Shown piece by piece: positions 17,868 through 28,775 of a DNA stretch of 64,000 bases. Location of the stretch: IMG/VR virus record IMGVR_UViG_3300029468_000001, one strand, 5' to 3'. The position numbers and the translations under genes were made by a program. Source of the stretch: a virus. Its lineage: Duplodnaviria > Heunggongvirae > Uroviricota > Caudoviricetes. Below the pieces are notes generated by a model. It was not told the DNA's origin. It was given only the letters and a program-made list of their open reading frames with translations, and searched no databases. Positions within the stretch are counted from its first letter, which is position 1, and every line of letters begins with the position of its first letter.

Positions 17868-20461
17868 TAAATATCCTCACTGTCAACTAAAGACTTGCCT
17901 TTTCCATAGTTTCTATATAATATTTCATATTGTGTGATAATATCTAATTCTCTATCTATATCGGCAACAACGATGTTTTTACCATCTTCATCTTTTCCAA
18001 TTATTTTTTTTGCAAATTCCTTTTTAGAATTTTTAATTTCGATAATATCACCATCCTGTAAAGGTAATATTTTAAATATTTGTTTGTCTACCTTTCTATA
18101 TTGTATTTCTCCATTTTTAATATTATAAATAATTAAATTTGGAGCAATTACATTTCTGGTGTTTAATACAAACCACATATCCTTTTCTAAAGATGAATCA
18201 ATATAACTAACTTTATCAAATTTATTAATTTGCATTTCCATGATATTATATGGGTTTATATTTTCGTTTGGAATAATATCGAATATTTCTAATAGAACTT
18301 TTTCAAAATTCATGTTGTTATAAGATTTACCAGATTTAGATAATTCAGAATTTGAAATAATTATATTTTTTATAACTTCATCAGTTATTTTCTTGTTCAA
18401 CGTAGTTAAATTAATTTTATCTTTTCCGTATAGAATAGTAAAATAATCTCTAAAAATTAATAATTTTTTTGTTTTACCATAAATATTACAACAATCTGCA
18501 ATTAAATATTGTTCTAATACTTTTTTCGTTATTTTATTATCTAAACATTCTTTTAAAAATTCATAGAATGTTGGACTTTCACACATACATTTATATAATA
18601 CATATGGAGTTTCATCTATTTTTTCTTCGTCTTTCGTTAAAAACATATCTGCTCGTTTTTTCGCTTCATTGATGTAATAATCTTTATCGAGATGTTCAGG
18701 TATTGACTTATCGTGAATATCTTCATTGTCAATAAACAAATGAGTAGGTGTATTAGCAAACTGTTCATATGATTTTATACCTTTTTCAATTTTTAATTTG
18801 TAAATTGATCCATCAGATTGTCGTTTGCTAGCAAATACTCTATGTACTTTACCTTTCAATAATTCTCCATTTATTGATATTACTTTACCATCTTTGCTAG
18901 ACACTCCATTTCCATACCATATTTCTTTGTATTTCGCAGATAGTTTAATAACTTTTTGAAATTTTATGTATTCGTTACATTCGTTGATAGTTTGCTCAAC
19001 TGGAATATCATATGCTAGATAATTTCTAACAGCATCATTCAAAATTGGCAAATCATTATCAATTGGTTTATTGAATTTAACCATAGCACCTTTACATTCC
19101 AATTCCCCATTTTTCTTAACTGCAATGTAGTTATTTACATCTTTTTGAATGAGTTTTGTATATTCATCTATCTCAAACTCCATTTTGAGTCGTTTACCAA
19201 CTTCATTCGTTATCTCAATTACCTTATTTTTCATCTCTTCGTTTTCACAAAGAACAAAAATACCATCTGTATTAGTTTGTAATAATCTACAATATGGTTC
19301 AAGTTTATCAATTAAATCAAGAATAAACATTTGTCCAAATACACAAGTTAAATTAGCCATTAATGGATCATATGATGGATTATTTCTATCTTTTCCTGCT
19401 CCATACACACCATTAATCATAGGTTTGAGAGCTTTATTTTTTGGATTTCCTTCTGATTTTAATTTTAATCTAAAATCTCTCATTTGCTTAAAGTCATCAG
19501 GATTTTTAAATTTTCTACTCAACAAACCATATTCAATATCAGTTGTGGGATACATTGAAGCTACATCAGCATGTAGAATAATTCCTTCAAATACAGCTTC
19601 TTTGTCATCAGCCCCATGACATCCTCCCCATGCAAATACATGCGGTATTCCTGCAACAGTGCAACATAACTGATTATTATGTTGTTTATCATCATCTGAT
19701 CGTAAATGTTCTTTATATCTCCAATTTTTAGGATTCATATACCATTCTGGAATAAATTTGTATTTATCAGATAATTGAATGGTTTCTGGAAGACGAATAT
19801 CAAATTCATCATCTAAAGTATGTTGATTTACAGCATTTAAAATTTTAGGAGATACAGCTAATTGAACCTTAGTTTTAGTGAAATACGACATATCAAGTCC
19901 ATATAATTCAATGATGTCTAATTGACCTTCAAAATCATCCCAACAATAATCAAGAACTCTCAATACCTCTATTACATCATGATGGTTGTAATAGAGTGTT
20001 TGTTCTATTTCTTCTTGAGTGAGAGGTCTATCAATATTAAAGTCTACTTCTGTTTCTCTAATATCATCTCCCATAAACGCTTCTAATTGCTTTAATGATT
20101 TATCTTTAAGAATTGTATCATAATCGTTCAGAGGATATTTTTTTGCATTTTTTACGACTTGAAAAGGTTTTTTACCCTCTTTAATAAGCTTATCATTCAC
20201 AAATCCTACATTCATTCCATCTAATATTCCCTTGAAAATTCCAGTATCATACTGTCTACCATTGTATGAAATGAATATATCATCCTTATATTCATTATAA
20301 AACTTTACAAGTTTGTCCCTATCATTCACAATTACTATTTCTTTTGATCTATCTTCGTAATTGATAAATGTGACGCAAAACCATCCCCCACCTGGAATAG
20401 ATGAGTATACCTCAAAGTCATATCCAAAAATTTTACTTTTATCTATTATATCAATCACCAT
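17867..20461 (-). CDS. family-B DNA polymerase with 3'-5' exonuclease domain and an unassigned C-terminal extension of about 300 aa
   Basis: ExoI YDFEV, ExoII YNGRQYD, ExoIII YYNHHD; motif A DVASMYPT; motif B KPMINGVYG; motif C TNTDGIF. Confidence 0.85.
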   Translation of the reverse strand: MVIDIIDKSKIFGYDFEVYSSIPGGGWFCVTFINYEDRSKEIVIVNDRDKLVKFYNEYKDDIFISYNGRQYDTGIFKGILDGMNVGFVNDKLIKEGKKPFQVVKNAKKYPLNDYDTILKDKSLKQLEAFMGDDIRETEVDFNIDRPLTQEEIEQTLYYNHHDVIEVLRVLDYCWDDFEGQLDIIELYGLDMSYFTKTKVQLAVSPKILNAVNQHTLDDEFDIRLPETIQLSDKYKFIPEWYMNPKNWRYKEHLRSDDDKQHNNQLCCTVAGIPHVFAWGGCHGADDKEAVFEGIILHADVASMYPTTDIEYGLLSRKFKNPDDFKQMRDFRLKLKSEGNPKNKALKPMINGVYGAGKDRNNPSYDPLMANLTCVFGQMFILDLIDKLEPYCRLLQTNTDGIFVLCENEEMKNKVIEITNEVGKRLKMEFEIDEYTKLIQKDVNNYIAVKKNGELECKGAMVKFNKPIDNDLPILNDAVRNYLAYDIPVEQTINECNEYIKFQKVIKLSAKYKEIWYGNGVSSKDGKVISINGELLKGKVHRVFASKRQSDGSIYKLKIEKGIKSYEQFANTPTHLFIDNEDIHDKSIPEHLDKDYYINEAKKRADMFLTKDEEKIDETPYVLYKCMCESPTFYEFLKECLDNKITKKVLEQYLIADCCNIYGKTKKLLIFRDYFTILYGKDKINLTTLNKKITDEVIKNIIISNSELSKSGKSYNNMNFEKVLLEIFDIIPNENINPYNIMEMQINKFDKVSYIDSSLEKDMWFVLNTRNVIAPNLIIYNIKNGEIQYRKVDKQIFKILPLQDGDIIEIKNSKKEFAKKIIGKDEDGKNIVVADIDRELDIITQYEILYRNYGKGKSLVDSEDI

Positions 20462-20463
20462 CC

Positions 20464-22203
20464 TTATCCAAATGCAAATCCAGAAATTTTCTCACTCTTA
20501 TAGAACATCCAATCATCAATCAAAACTTGTGCTGATTTTGTTTTATAATCAATTGAAAATCTACCAACGATGTCAAATTCAACATTATCTCCAATATCTA
20601 CAATTTCTTTATATTGTGCTGCCAAAGAACTTCCTTTGGTTTGTTTTATGAATTTAATATTGTGATATGTAAATTCGATTCTATTTTGTTTAGAACCTAA
20701 TAGATATAAATTGTATTTATTACATGGAATATTTTTGATAAGAAATATCGGTTCACTAATTGTATTACCCCAAATGTAGTCGTATTTCGCTACATTTTTA
20801 ATAATCTGATCGTGAATTTGATTGGATTCATAGATGTTATATACATGATATGTAGGTTCATTAATACTTTTCATAGTTGATAATAATTCAAATAATTTAT
20901 TTGTATTATCAACGCTTATTTCACAGCCAAAAGCCCTAGGATGACCTTCTACTTTATTAAATAAGCCTGTATCTTTACACCATTCATTAAAATCTAATAT
21001 TTCACATTTATCGCTTCCTCTTCCGCTTCCTTTACATACATTACCTTTTCTTCTCATTAATAAACAAGGACGTTGATATTGGTCAGCAAGTCTATTGGCA
21101 ATTAAGCCAGTGGAATTACTGTCAACATCATCTTTTGCATTGCATACTAAAATCGGAAATTTATCAAGATTATATTTTGATATTTCTTCTGATAATACCG
21201 CAGCACTTTCTTCTGTTTGCTTTTTCTGTTTACGATTACTCGACTGACATGCTTTTAATGTGTAATCTTGAATAGACATATTTACAATTCCTTGACCTCT
21301 AACTTTTCTATCAAGAAATCTATCAGAATTACATAACGCTTCAAACATATAACATTTATCTTGATAATCTCCAAGTCTAATCATTGAATTGATTAATGGA
21401 CACACATAGAAACCTATACCATTAATAGTAACTTTATTATTCATAGAATACATTTGGGCTTCAACAAGTGTAGAAATTAATTTATTCTTATTTGTATGAT
21501 CTCTAATTTCATCAAGACCTTTTAAAATAAAATATCTTGTTTCAAGATTTAAAACATCTGCTCTATCACCAATCATACCAAGAGCCACTAAATCTAAGTA
21601 ATCGTCAGCGTAATTTACTTTATAGTATTTGTCTAATAATTTTGTAAATTTATATGTGATGCCTACACCTGTCATTGATTTATTGGTAATATTTGATGAC
21701 AATTGATTATTTACTACAATTGCAGGATTGCCAGAAGCATCAATTTTATGATGATCTAAAATGATTACATCTTTTCCAGAGTCTATCAATCTTTGACATT
21801 CATTCCAATCTCCTGTTCCTGCATCTGGAATAATGACAAGTTTTGAATTATCTTCGCACATACTATCAATAAAGTCAGATAATCCATGTACTTTTCTATT
21901 ATGAATAAAACATCTAATTTCTATTGATGGATTTATTCTTTTGGTATATTGATAAATATTTGCACCAGATGTATATCCATCCACATCACAGTCAATAAGT
22001 AAATCAATTGTATGATTCTGCGATATATGATGTACATATACATCTCTTGCTTTTTTTATATTGTCAAATAATTCTTCATTTTCAACATGTTTAATTGTTG
22101 GATGTAAAAATGAATCAATATCTTTGATGCCTTTTAATGCTAAGATATCATTCAATTCATATCCAAACCTCACATGTCCAAGTACGTCATATTTAAAACT
22201 CAC
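20464..22203 (-). CDS. RecJ-like DHH-family phosphoesterase/exonuclease
   Basis: DHH motifs CDVDGYTS, IPDAGTGD, VIILDHHK. Confidence 0.7.
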   Translation of the reverse strand: MSFKYDVLGHVRFGYELNDILALKGIKDIDSFLHPTIKHVENEELFDNIKKARDVYVHHISQNHTIDLLIDCDVDGYTSGANIYQYTKRINPSIEIRCFIHNRKVHGLSDFIDSMCEDNSKLVIIPDAGTGDWNECQRLIDSGKDVIILDHHKIDASGNPAIVVNNQLSSNITNKSMTGVGITYKFTKLLDKYYKVNYADDYLDLVALGMIGDRADVLNLETRYFILKGLDEIRDHTNKNKLISTLVEAQMYSMNNKVTINGIGFYVCPLINSMIRLGDYQDKCYMFEALCNSDRFLDRKVRGQGIVNMSIQDYTLKACQSSNRKQKKQTEESAAVLSEEISKYNLDKFPILVCNAKDDVDSNSTGLIANRLADQYQRPCLLMRRKGNVCKGSGRGSDKCEILDFNEWCKDTGLFNKVEGHPRAFGCEISVDNTNKLFELLSTMKSINEPTYHVYNIYESNQIHDQIIKNVAKYDYIWGNTISEPIFLIKNIPCNKYNLYLLGSKQNRIEFTYHNIKFIKQTKGSSLAAQYKEIVDIGDNVEFDIVGRFSIDYKTKSAQVLIDDWMFYKSEKISGFAFG

Positions 22204-22218
22204 TTTGCACCACCTTAA

Positions 22219-23298
22219 TTATTGATTTGTTCCTACATATATTTTGTTCTCCATAAGTTTTAACAAAGTATCTTTACCTCTATCTGTTGGAGAATCTTTA
22301 TAACCCAACAAATTTGTACTATCCCATAACACAGATACAGAAACAAAAGGGCTTAATTTATCTATGATTTTATCTTTTATATGTTGTGACCAGTTTTTAC
22401 ATTCATCTGAATCAAGAGTTTGATATTGTTTGTCCAATGCAATAATAACTTCTCTAACTCCCAACATAAGAATCATTCCTTTTTGATAATCTGTTAAATT
22501 ACTTCCACATAAAGCAACTGTAAAATTATCTTCACCAAACATAGTATCAGTTTGAAATACCGATTTTTCAGCTTCTACAAGCATTATCTTTCTCTTTTTT
22601 TGAATAGCATTTATATTATAATTTAAACCAAATAAATTTAATCCAAGAGAATGATTGTAAAATTTATTACCAATTTTAAATGGTGCATATTTACCAAATA
22701 ATTCAATATCATCAGGAAGTAATGCTCTCGATCTCACACCAACCAAATTATTGTTCATATCATAATGCGGTATGATAATTTTTTGTTGCCATGTAGAATA
22801 AAGGATGTTGTATTTTTTCATTGTCTCTACAGAAATCCCTTCATCTATCCATGATTGACAATAAAAGTGTTGAAATATATTAAGAATGTTTTTATTGTAA
22901 GGAACTAATATTTTATCTTTTGGTTTTATCTTTTTATTTTTCTTATATTTTTTGATAAACTCCCAATCAGAAATTTGTTCCTGTTTACCAAACCCATATA
23001 CATGATTATCAAGATTTAATTTTACAGAAATCCAATTGATAGCTTTTTGAAATTCTTCTTGTTCATATCCTTTATATCCCATAACTACGCCAATAATATC
23101 TAATTGACCGCATTCTGTATAACAATGAAATGACATAGAATCTTTATAAAAATATAATTTAGGTTTAGTTCCATGATGACATATCGTATCTGTTATCCAC
23201 ATATCATCGTCTTCGTAATAAAAAGTAGCTCCCATTAATTCAAGAAGTTTCTTAATATCATCTTCTGTAAGTTTACTTTTTAATTCCTGGGCGGTCAT
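22219..23298 (-). CDS. DnaG-type DNA primase (CHC2 zinc finger + TOPRIM)
   Basis: CHHGTKPKLYFY...FHCYTECGQ zinc finger; TOPRIM-like MLVEAEKSV...ALDKQ. Confidence 0.75.
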   Translation of the reverse strand: MTAQELKSKLTEDDIKKLLELMGATFYYEDDDMWITDTICHHGTKPKLYFYKDSMSFHCYTECGQLDIIGVVMGYKGYEQEEFQKAINWISVKLNLDNHVYGFGKQEQISDWEFIKKYKKNKKIKPKDKILVPYNKNILNIFQHFYCQSWIDEGISVETMKKYNILYSTWQQKIIIPHYDMNNNLVGVRSRALLPDDIELFGKYAPFKIGNKFYNHSLGLNLFGLNYNINAIQKKRKIMLVEAEKSVFQTDTMFGEDNFTVALCGSNLTDYQKGMILMLGVREVIIALDKQYQTLDSDECKNWSQHIKDKIIDKLSPFVSVSVLWDSTNLLGYKDSPTDRGKDTLLKLMENKIYVGTNQ

Positions 23299-23310
23299 AT
23301 AAGTACCTCC

Positions 23311-24930
23311 CTACTTAGATAATTGCATTGCTAAATCTGATCCAGATACATCAATATCAGTTTCAATAATACCAACATCTCCAACATCATCTAATCTAAA
23401 ATCAATCAACGTTTTCTCAATATCAGTAATTAATTCATAGTTATAATCCGTCACAAAACAATCTACTTCCCTCATAGTTCCCATATTGAGTTTTGTCCAA
23501 ATTATGATAGTTTTCCATTTTCCACCACGATTTTTAAATATATAGTAAGACATATTGGGGATTAATGATCCGAATGAACCATCTGACTCAAGAATTGGTT
23601 TTAATCTTTTTAAATCTTTGTGTGTTACAGGAAGTGCAAGTATGCCACCATCAGCTTTTTCAATAATAGCTTTAGATCCTTTTAATGCACCTGCATCTTT
23701 ATTATTATCTTCTTTATAATTATCATTTAACTGTGTAGCCGAACCAAGATATACATTAAATTTATTACAAACTGATTTTAATGCTGCACTGAATAAGAAA
23801 AGAATCTGGTCTGTTCTAAGTCTTGTGTGTGTTTTATTATAATAATATTCATAAAGCGATGGTGAATCATTGATGTAATCAAAGAAACAAGCTACTATTC
23901 CATAGTTTAAAACATATTTCTCAATAGTTTCAGAAATCAAATCAATTGTAAAATCTGGCATATACTCTATATAATAATTATAATTTTCTATGTATTTTGC
24001 AGATTCATCAAGAATTGATTCTTCTTCTGGTGTAATATCACTCCATTCTTCAATTCTATCCTGATCAACTCCACTAACATGAGCTAAAATGATATCTTGA
24101 ATTTCCTCTTTTTCAAGCTCTGTTGAAATAAATAATACTGGTTGGCTTTCACCTGTTGGAATCCATTCTCTTTTATTCCAATCATAAATTCTATCTGATA
24201 CCATGTTACATCCATCTGCTAATGAAGATCTTGATTTTCCACCACCAGATACAGAACTTCTTAAAATGTATTTTTTAGGTCGCATCCCTCGATATACTGT
24301 AGTTAAATATCCAGATTGAAACGGATAACCATATACATTTTGCTGATTCTTATGTTCATTTAATCTTTCTACAATGCCTTCACCTGCTCTAAATGAATAG
24401 TTATCACCAAAAACATTCTTCCATTTAGATTTAAAATCCATAAATTTATTATTTATTTCATTTAAAACTTCTATGCTTGTTAATTGGTTAAAGTGTTCCA
24501 GTTTTTCATCATCGTCTTCATCATATATAAATGATGTATCCATTTTGAGTGATTCCGTGGCATTCCTAATGATTGAATATTTTCTTACATCGTCATAATA
24601 TTTACCTACGTTTGATATTTTATCCGATGACATATCAATCGCAGACTCGATATAACCCCATCCATCATTGTTTTTCCATAAAGACAAAGCAGTATCAAAT
24701 TGTGATATTTCATTTTCAATATCTATGGGTGTAATTTTTTCAGCCGTTCTTTTCTTAGCAATATTAATAATTGCACCCCATATCATTTTATGAAAATTCT
24801 CAGGGTAATCATTTGTATTAGTTGCATATTTTTCATCCAATGCTAATCTTGGATTCAAACAATAACAACCAAATAATAAAAATATAGCTTTCTTATCTAC
24901 CTGTTGATTAAAATTAATTTGAATCACCAC
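23311..24930 (-). CDS. DnaB-like replicative DNA helicase
   Basis: Walker A RSSVSGGGKSR; FISTELE motif comparable to DnaB FSLEM; sits beside the primase. Confidence 0.7.
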   Translation of the reverse strand: MVIQINFNQQVDKKAIFLLFGCYCLNPRLALDEKYATNTNDYPENFHKMIWGAIINIAKKRTAEKITPIDIENEISQFDTALSLWKNNDGWGYIESAIDMSSDKISNVGKYYDDVRKYSIIRNATESLKMDTSFIYDEDDDEKLEHFNQLTSIEVLNEINNKFMDFKSKWKNVFGDNYSFRAGEGIVERLNEHKNQQNVYGYPFQSGYLTTVYRGMRPKKYILRSSVSGGGKSRSSLADGCNMVSDRIYDWNKREWIPTGESQPVLFISTELEKEEIQDIILAHVSGVDQDRIEEWSDITPEEESILDESAKYIENYNYYIEYMPDFTIDLISETIEKYVLNYGIVACFFDYINDSPSLYEYYYNKTHTRLRTDQILFLFSAALKSVCNKFNVYLGSATQLNDNYKEDNNKDAGALKGSKAIIEKADGGILALPVTHKDLKRLKPILESDGSFGSLIPNMSYYIFKNRGGKWKTIIIWTKLNMGTMREVDCFVTDYNYELITDIEKTLIDFRLDDVGDVGIIETDIDVSGSDLAMQLSK

Positions 24931-25417
24931 CCTCTATCAAATCACCTAAATTAATCAATGATGTAGATGATTTTATTTTATTCATATTTAAAGATTTTCT
25001 ATTTACAATTTTTGTTTTAATATCTACTTTGGATATTTTGTCAGCTTGTTCTTTTTGTTTTTCTTGTTGAAGATAAAAATTACAAGCTTCATCGTAATAA
25101 TGCTCTATAATATAAATTCCATACTTTTCATTAAATGATTTTCCTAAAATTTCTTTACAATACCACAACGTATATGTCATAGCAGCGTATGGATAGTTAT
25201 ATTCTTTTCTAAATTTTTTAACTTGATTCAATATTAATCCATTTGCTTTTTCCAAATGAAATATAGTGAATATGTAATCCATAAGTTGTTTATATTCTCT
25301 TGCATCTTTTTCTACTTTACGAAAACATTCTTCGCAATAATAACGATTATCATATTTATGCTTTTCTTCTGGTTGTAATGCTTTACCACAACATTTACAT
25401 TTAACACCTCTTGCCAT
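24914..25417 (-). CDS. zinc-ribbon protein (possible replication accessory or helicase loader; function unknown)
   Basis: CKCCGK...CEEC at N-terminus; located between helicase and Sak4-like genes. Confidence 0.5.
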   Translation of the reverse strand: MARGVKCKCCGKALQPEEKHKYDNRYYCEECFRKVEKDAREYKQLMDYIFTIFHLEKANGLILNQVKKFRKEYNYPYAAMTYTLWYCKEILGKSFNEKYGIYIIEHYYDEACNFYLQQEKQKEQADKISKVDIKTKIVNRKSLNMNKIKSSTSLINLGDLIEGGDSN

Positions 25418-25446
25418 AATACACTCACCTTTTAAATTTAATTATT

Positions 25447-25466
25447 GGGAGGGAATTGCCCCTCCC
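25447..25466 (+). terminator. GC-rich hairpin GGGAGGG-aattgc-CCCTCCC followed by U-rich tract on the plus strand (possibly bidirectional)
   Basis: perfect 7-bp G/C stem in AT-rich DNA; plus-strand 3' flank TTAGATTTATTT. Confidence 0.4.
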
Positions 25467-25472
25467 TTAGAT

Positions 25473-26453
25473 TTATTTAATGTTGTATTTTGTAACAAGT
25501 TCTTCAAGTTCCATTACAATTACTTTTGTAAGATCAATCTGTGTATCTCTTAGACTATCAAACATTTTTACATTTCCATCATCATCAAGACCTAAATTTT
25601 TCTGTAAGACTGCGGTAGCTTCATTCAGATATCCATGCTGTGCAAGTAATGCTCCTAACTCTAATCCTTTATTCTTAATTGCATTAAAGTCTTCTACATG
25701 AGTTGTCTTATCAATTGTTTTCTCTTTGGTTGTGAAATCTCCACCTAAATCTTCTACTGCTTTTACCCATACATCTTTCAAATCTTTAATGTTGATTTCG
25801 TTTGGAAGATTGAATGTATCTTTTAAATCTGGATATTTGTCACTTTTCTTAAATGTTACATAACGTTCTCCATCTTTTTGATACATATATCCAACAAGGA
25901 AAGCACCTTCTCTACAATATGAAAATGTGTTTTTGTTAAGTTTAAGAGAATCACTCTCTTTCTTTGTGTCAAAATCTTTTACGTGAGAAGACTGTGCAAT
26001 ACAATGAACTGTATATCCTAAACTTTGAATCAATCCAATGTTTCTTAATGCACTTTTAAATCTCAATGAACCTTCACCAAAACCACCAACATCTTTTAAG
26101 ATTTCAGCATCTCTATTCTCAAGGACATATCTCTCACAAAATTCTTCATATTTGTCAAGCGTATCAATTACAATACAAGAGAATTTATTTTTTAATGCTG
26201 GATTTCTTAACTGTCCAATGATTGATTTAAAATCTGACATACTATTTACTTTTACTGCGGTAATTCCAGGAATGTTCTGGAATCTATCTTCAAATTCTAA
26301 GAAGAATGGATCTTTATCTGGAACTAATTCTTTCAGAAACTTCATTGTACTCATTGTTTTACCAACACCAGTATCACCCATGATAATCATTGAATACTGA
26401 GTAAGGTCAACAGATACTTTGTTTGGTTGTAAGTCTAATAAATTTGGAATCAT
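25473..26453 (-). CDS. Sak4-like RecA-fold ATPase (AAA_24 type)
   Basis: Walker A MGDTGVGKTMS; Walker B CIVIDTLD; KDVGGFGEG region like the Sak4 DYGKG motif. Confidence 0.65.
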   Translation of the reverse strand: MIPNLLDLQPNKVSVDLTQYSMIIMGDTGVGKTMSTMKFLKELVPDKDPFFLEFEDRFQNIPGITAVKVNSMSDFKSIIGQLRNPALKNKFSCIVIDTLDKYEEFCERYVLENRDAEILKDVGGFGEGSLRFKSALRNIGLIQSLGYTVHCIAQSSHVKDFDTKKESDSLKLNKNTFSYCREGAFLVGYMYQKDGERYVTFKKSDKYPDLKDTFNLPNEINIKDLKDVWVKAVEDLGGDFTTKEKTIDKTTHVEDFNAIKNKGLELGALLAQHGYLNEATAVLQKNLGLDDDGNVKMFDSLRDTQIDLTKVIVMELEELVTKYNIK

Positions 26454-26545
26454 TCTAATTTTCTCCTTATATATGTGATTTATTTGTGTACCTACTCAAT
26501 TCAATATGAACTGAGTAGGTAATTTACCATTTCAATTAATTGTGT

Positions 26546-27499
26546 TTATCTCTGTAAAAATGGATTGTATGTAGTTGCAGGAGCAGGAGTTGGATTTTTC
26601 TCAAATCCTTCTGCTGTTTCTGTATGTGCTGATTCTCCACTTTCAATCTCTTTGAGTTTTGCTTTTCTCTTTGATTTCAGAGTATCTACAACATCTTCTG
26701 TCAGATCATGTTCATAAATTGTTGATACCGCAACACCAGATTTAATTTCATTTCTTCTGATATTTCTCTTTACTTTTTTAACAATATCTGTTCCAAACGC
26801 AGCCTTCTCAACTTCTTCTGTAATTTCAACAGTATTAATTACAACACCTGTGAATTTAGTAAAGCATCCATCATAATATCCTGCATCGCGGAAATCTGTA
26901 GCCATTGATTTATCAACAGTCATTCTAATTGGAATCAGGTGATCAGCTTCATATTTAGAATCTTTTCCTAATCCATCAGCCATTTGACCAATAGCATTCA
27001 TTGTAACTACGAGATTTCCAGTAGGAACATCTTTCACAATCTCATCTGTAATTTTTTCTACAATTCCTTCTACTTCAAATTTAGCTTCCAGAACTGTACT
27101 TTCATAATCTTTCGGCTCAATTTTATTAATAAATTTAGCGTTGATTTTGTTTGAAGATACTACTTTTCCATTAATCTTGAAGTCGTTGTCTGTGAATGTA
27201 CCATCTGTAATAGATACAATATCTGGTGATTCTCCTTCTGAGCAATGTTCAATATCTTTCAGATTATTTTTTGCATCCATATACTGTTTATAGAAGTAAC
27301 TTTCTTCTGTTGTAAACTCTTTGTTTTCATTTTTCTTGTATTTATTCGCATAGAAATTAATCTCATGTTCACTATTGTCAGCAGTTCTTAATACAAGACT
27401 TCCTCCGATTGCGTCTACACCTTTTTTTGTTTTAAACTCTTCAATGTTATTTTTTACAAGTCTTCCTGTTACTGTTACTAGATTCTTTAATTCTTTCAT
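26546..27499 (-). CDS. putative single-stranded DNA-binding protein (tentative)
   Basis: position in the Sak4/Gp157 module; C-terminal tail ending NPFLQR reminiscent of SSB tails; no strong motif. Confidence 0.35.
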   Translation of the reverse strand: MKELKNLVTVTGRLVKNNIEEFKTKKGVDAIGGSLVLRTADNSEHEINFYANKYKKNENKEFTTEESYFYKQYMDAKNNLKDIEHCSEGESPDIVSITDGTFTDNDFKINGKVVSSNKINAKFINKIEPKDYESTVLEAKFEVEGIVEKITDEIVKDVPTGNLVVTMNAIGQMADGLGKDSKYEADHLIPIRMTVDKSMATDFRDAGYYDGCFTKFTGVVINTVEITEEVEKAAFGTDIVKKVKRNIRRNEIKSGVAVSTIYEHDLTEDVVDTLKSKRKAKLKEIESGESAHTETAEGFEKNPTPAPATTYNPFLQR

Positions 27500-27937
27500 G
27501 TGTTTTTCTCCTTAATAATTGTTTATTAATTTTTTAATTTGTTTATGATAAACGCCCTATCGGACGGAACATGGAATTAAATCTATAAGATAAATTCTAT
27601 GTCAACAGTGGTTTATGGGTACAAAATCCCAAGGGTATGCTGCTAACCACCCATTTTTTATTTCTCTATTCAGTTTTAATTTATTTGGAAAATTCGATTC
27701 GATTGAATCTATGAGATTTATTTCTCCGATGAAATTTGGATTTCAACTATTTAACACATTTACATTTTTTCGTTTTTTAAACTCAGAAACCCTTATGTAT
27801 CAAGGCTTTTCAGCGATTGATTTTTAAAAAATCTGTAATTTGTTGATTTTACTTGATTTTCAAGCATTTTTTAAATTTCGTGTCCCAAAACCCTTATAAA
27901 CACTGGGTTTGAGAAGCACATGAAACGAAAGTTTTAT
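27500..27937. promoter_or_regulatory. 438-bp noncoding region with TTGATTTT repeats, the near-palindrome TCGATTCGATTGAATC and hairpin AAACCC...GGGTTT (27886-27914): candidate origin or promoter hub
   Basis: largest gap in an otherwise gap-free gene array; repeats seen directly. Confidence 0.3.
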
Positions 27938-28576
27938 TTATAAATTCTCTAACTTTTTTAACTCTTTTTGAGCATTTTCGATAGTTTCTTTAAGATTCTT
28001 AATCTTATATTCTCTTTCTGCTAGAAGTTTCTTTTCGTTCTCTTCTTTATCACTCTCATAAAATTTATCTTCAAACTCCCAATAATCATGTTCATCTCCA
28101 TGCCATGAGTGATTTGATACAAGAAAGCTTTTTCTTACTTCGACACTTGGAGCTTCCCAATCACATTCATGACCACAGCAATGCTTATCTTCTCTATAAT
28201 CTTGATCACTAGGTTTACATTCACAATATCCCCAATTACGTTCATCATAATTGAATATAATTTCATATCTGAAATCTGATTCTTCTACACACTTCCAATT
28301 ATCATTTTCGGTTTCATTGTAAAGGAATACATTTACCTTATAGATATAATAATTATAATCTCCAATTACGATATCATAATTATCGCAATCTCTTAAATCG
28401 GAACAAAATTCATCATAACATTCATAGTTATCCATTAAATCCTGCCATAGCGCAGATACTAAAAATGGAATATTTAACTTTTTACCATTTAGTTCTCTAT
28501 ATGTATTCTCATATTTCAATACATCAATCAACTGTTCTATGAATTTTTGAATTGTAATATTATCACTATACTTCAT
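27938..28576 (-). CDS. hypothetical Cys/His-rich protein
   Basis: 212-aa ORF. Confidence 0.5.
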   Translation of the reverse strand: MKYSDNITIQKFIEQLIDVLKYENTYRELNGKKLNIPFLVSALWQDLMDNYECYDEFCSDLRDCDNYDIVIGDYNYYIYKVNVFLYNETENDNWKCVEESDFRYEIIFNYDERNWGYCECKPSDQDYREDKHCCGHECDWEAPSVEVRKSFLVSNHSWHGDEHDYWEFEDKFYESDKEENEKKLLAEREYKIKNLKETIENAQKELKKLENL

Positions 28577-28775
28577 ATGTATATATTCTCCTTTTCAATA
28601 TCCTCTCATCTCGAATAGTTCTTCTTCATATGATATACACTCATATCTTTTACAATTATCTACTGTGCATCGAAATTCTCCGCACCAAGGACTTCCATCT
28701 CCCATGTGATCATATTGACAGTGATAATCTTTTCCGCAATATTCACAATTTGTATATTTTTCACATGCTATTTAT

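Noticed and set aside
26546-27499. Assigning 26546-27499 as a Red-beta/Erf-type annealase instead of an SSB
   Set aside because: No annealase motifs were recognised. Sak4 modules usually pair with an SSB. I kept it as a tentative SSB with low confidence.
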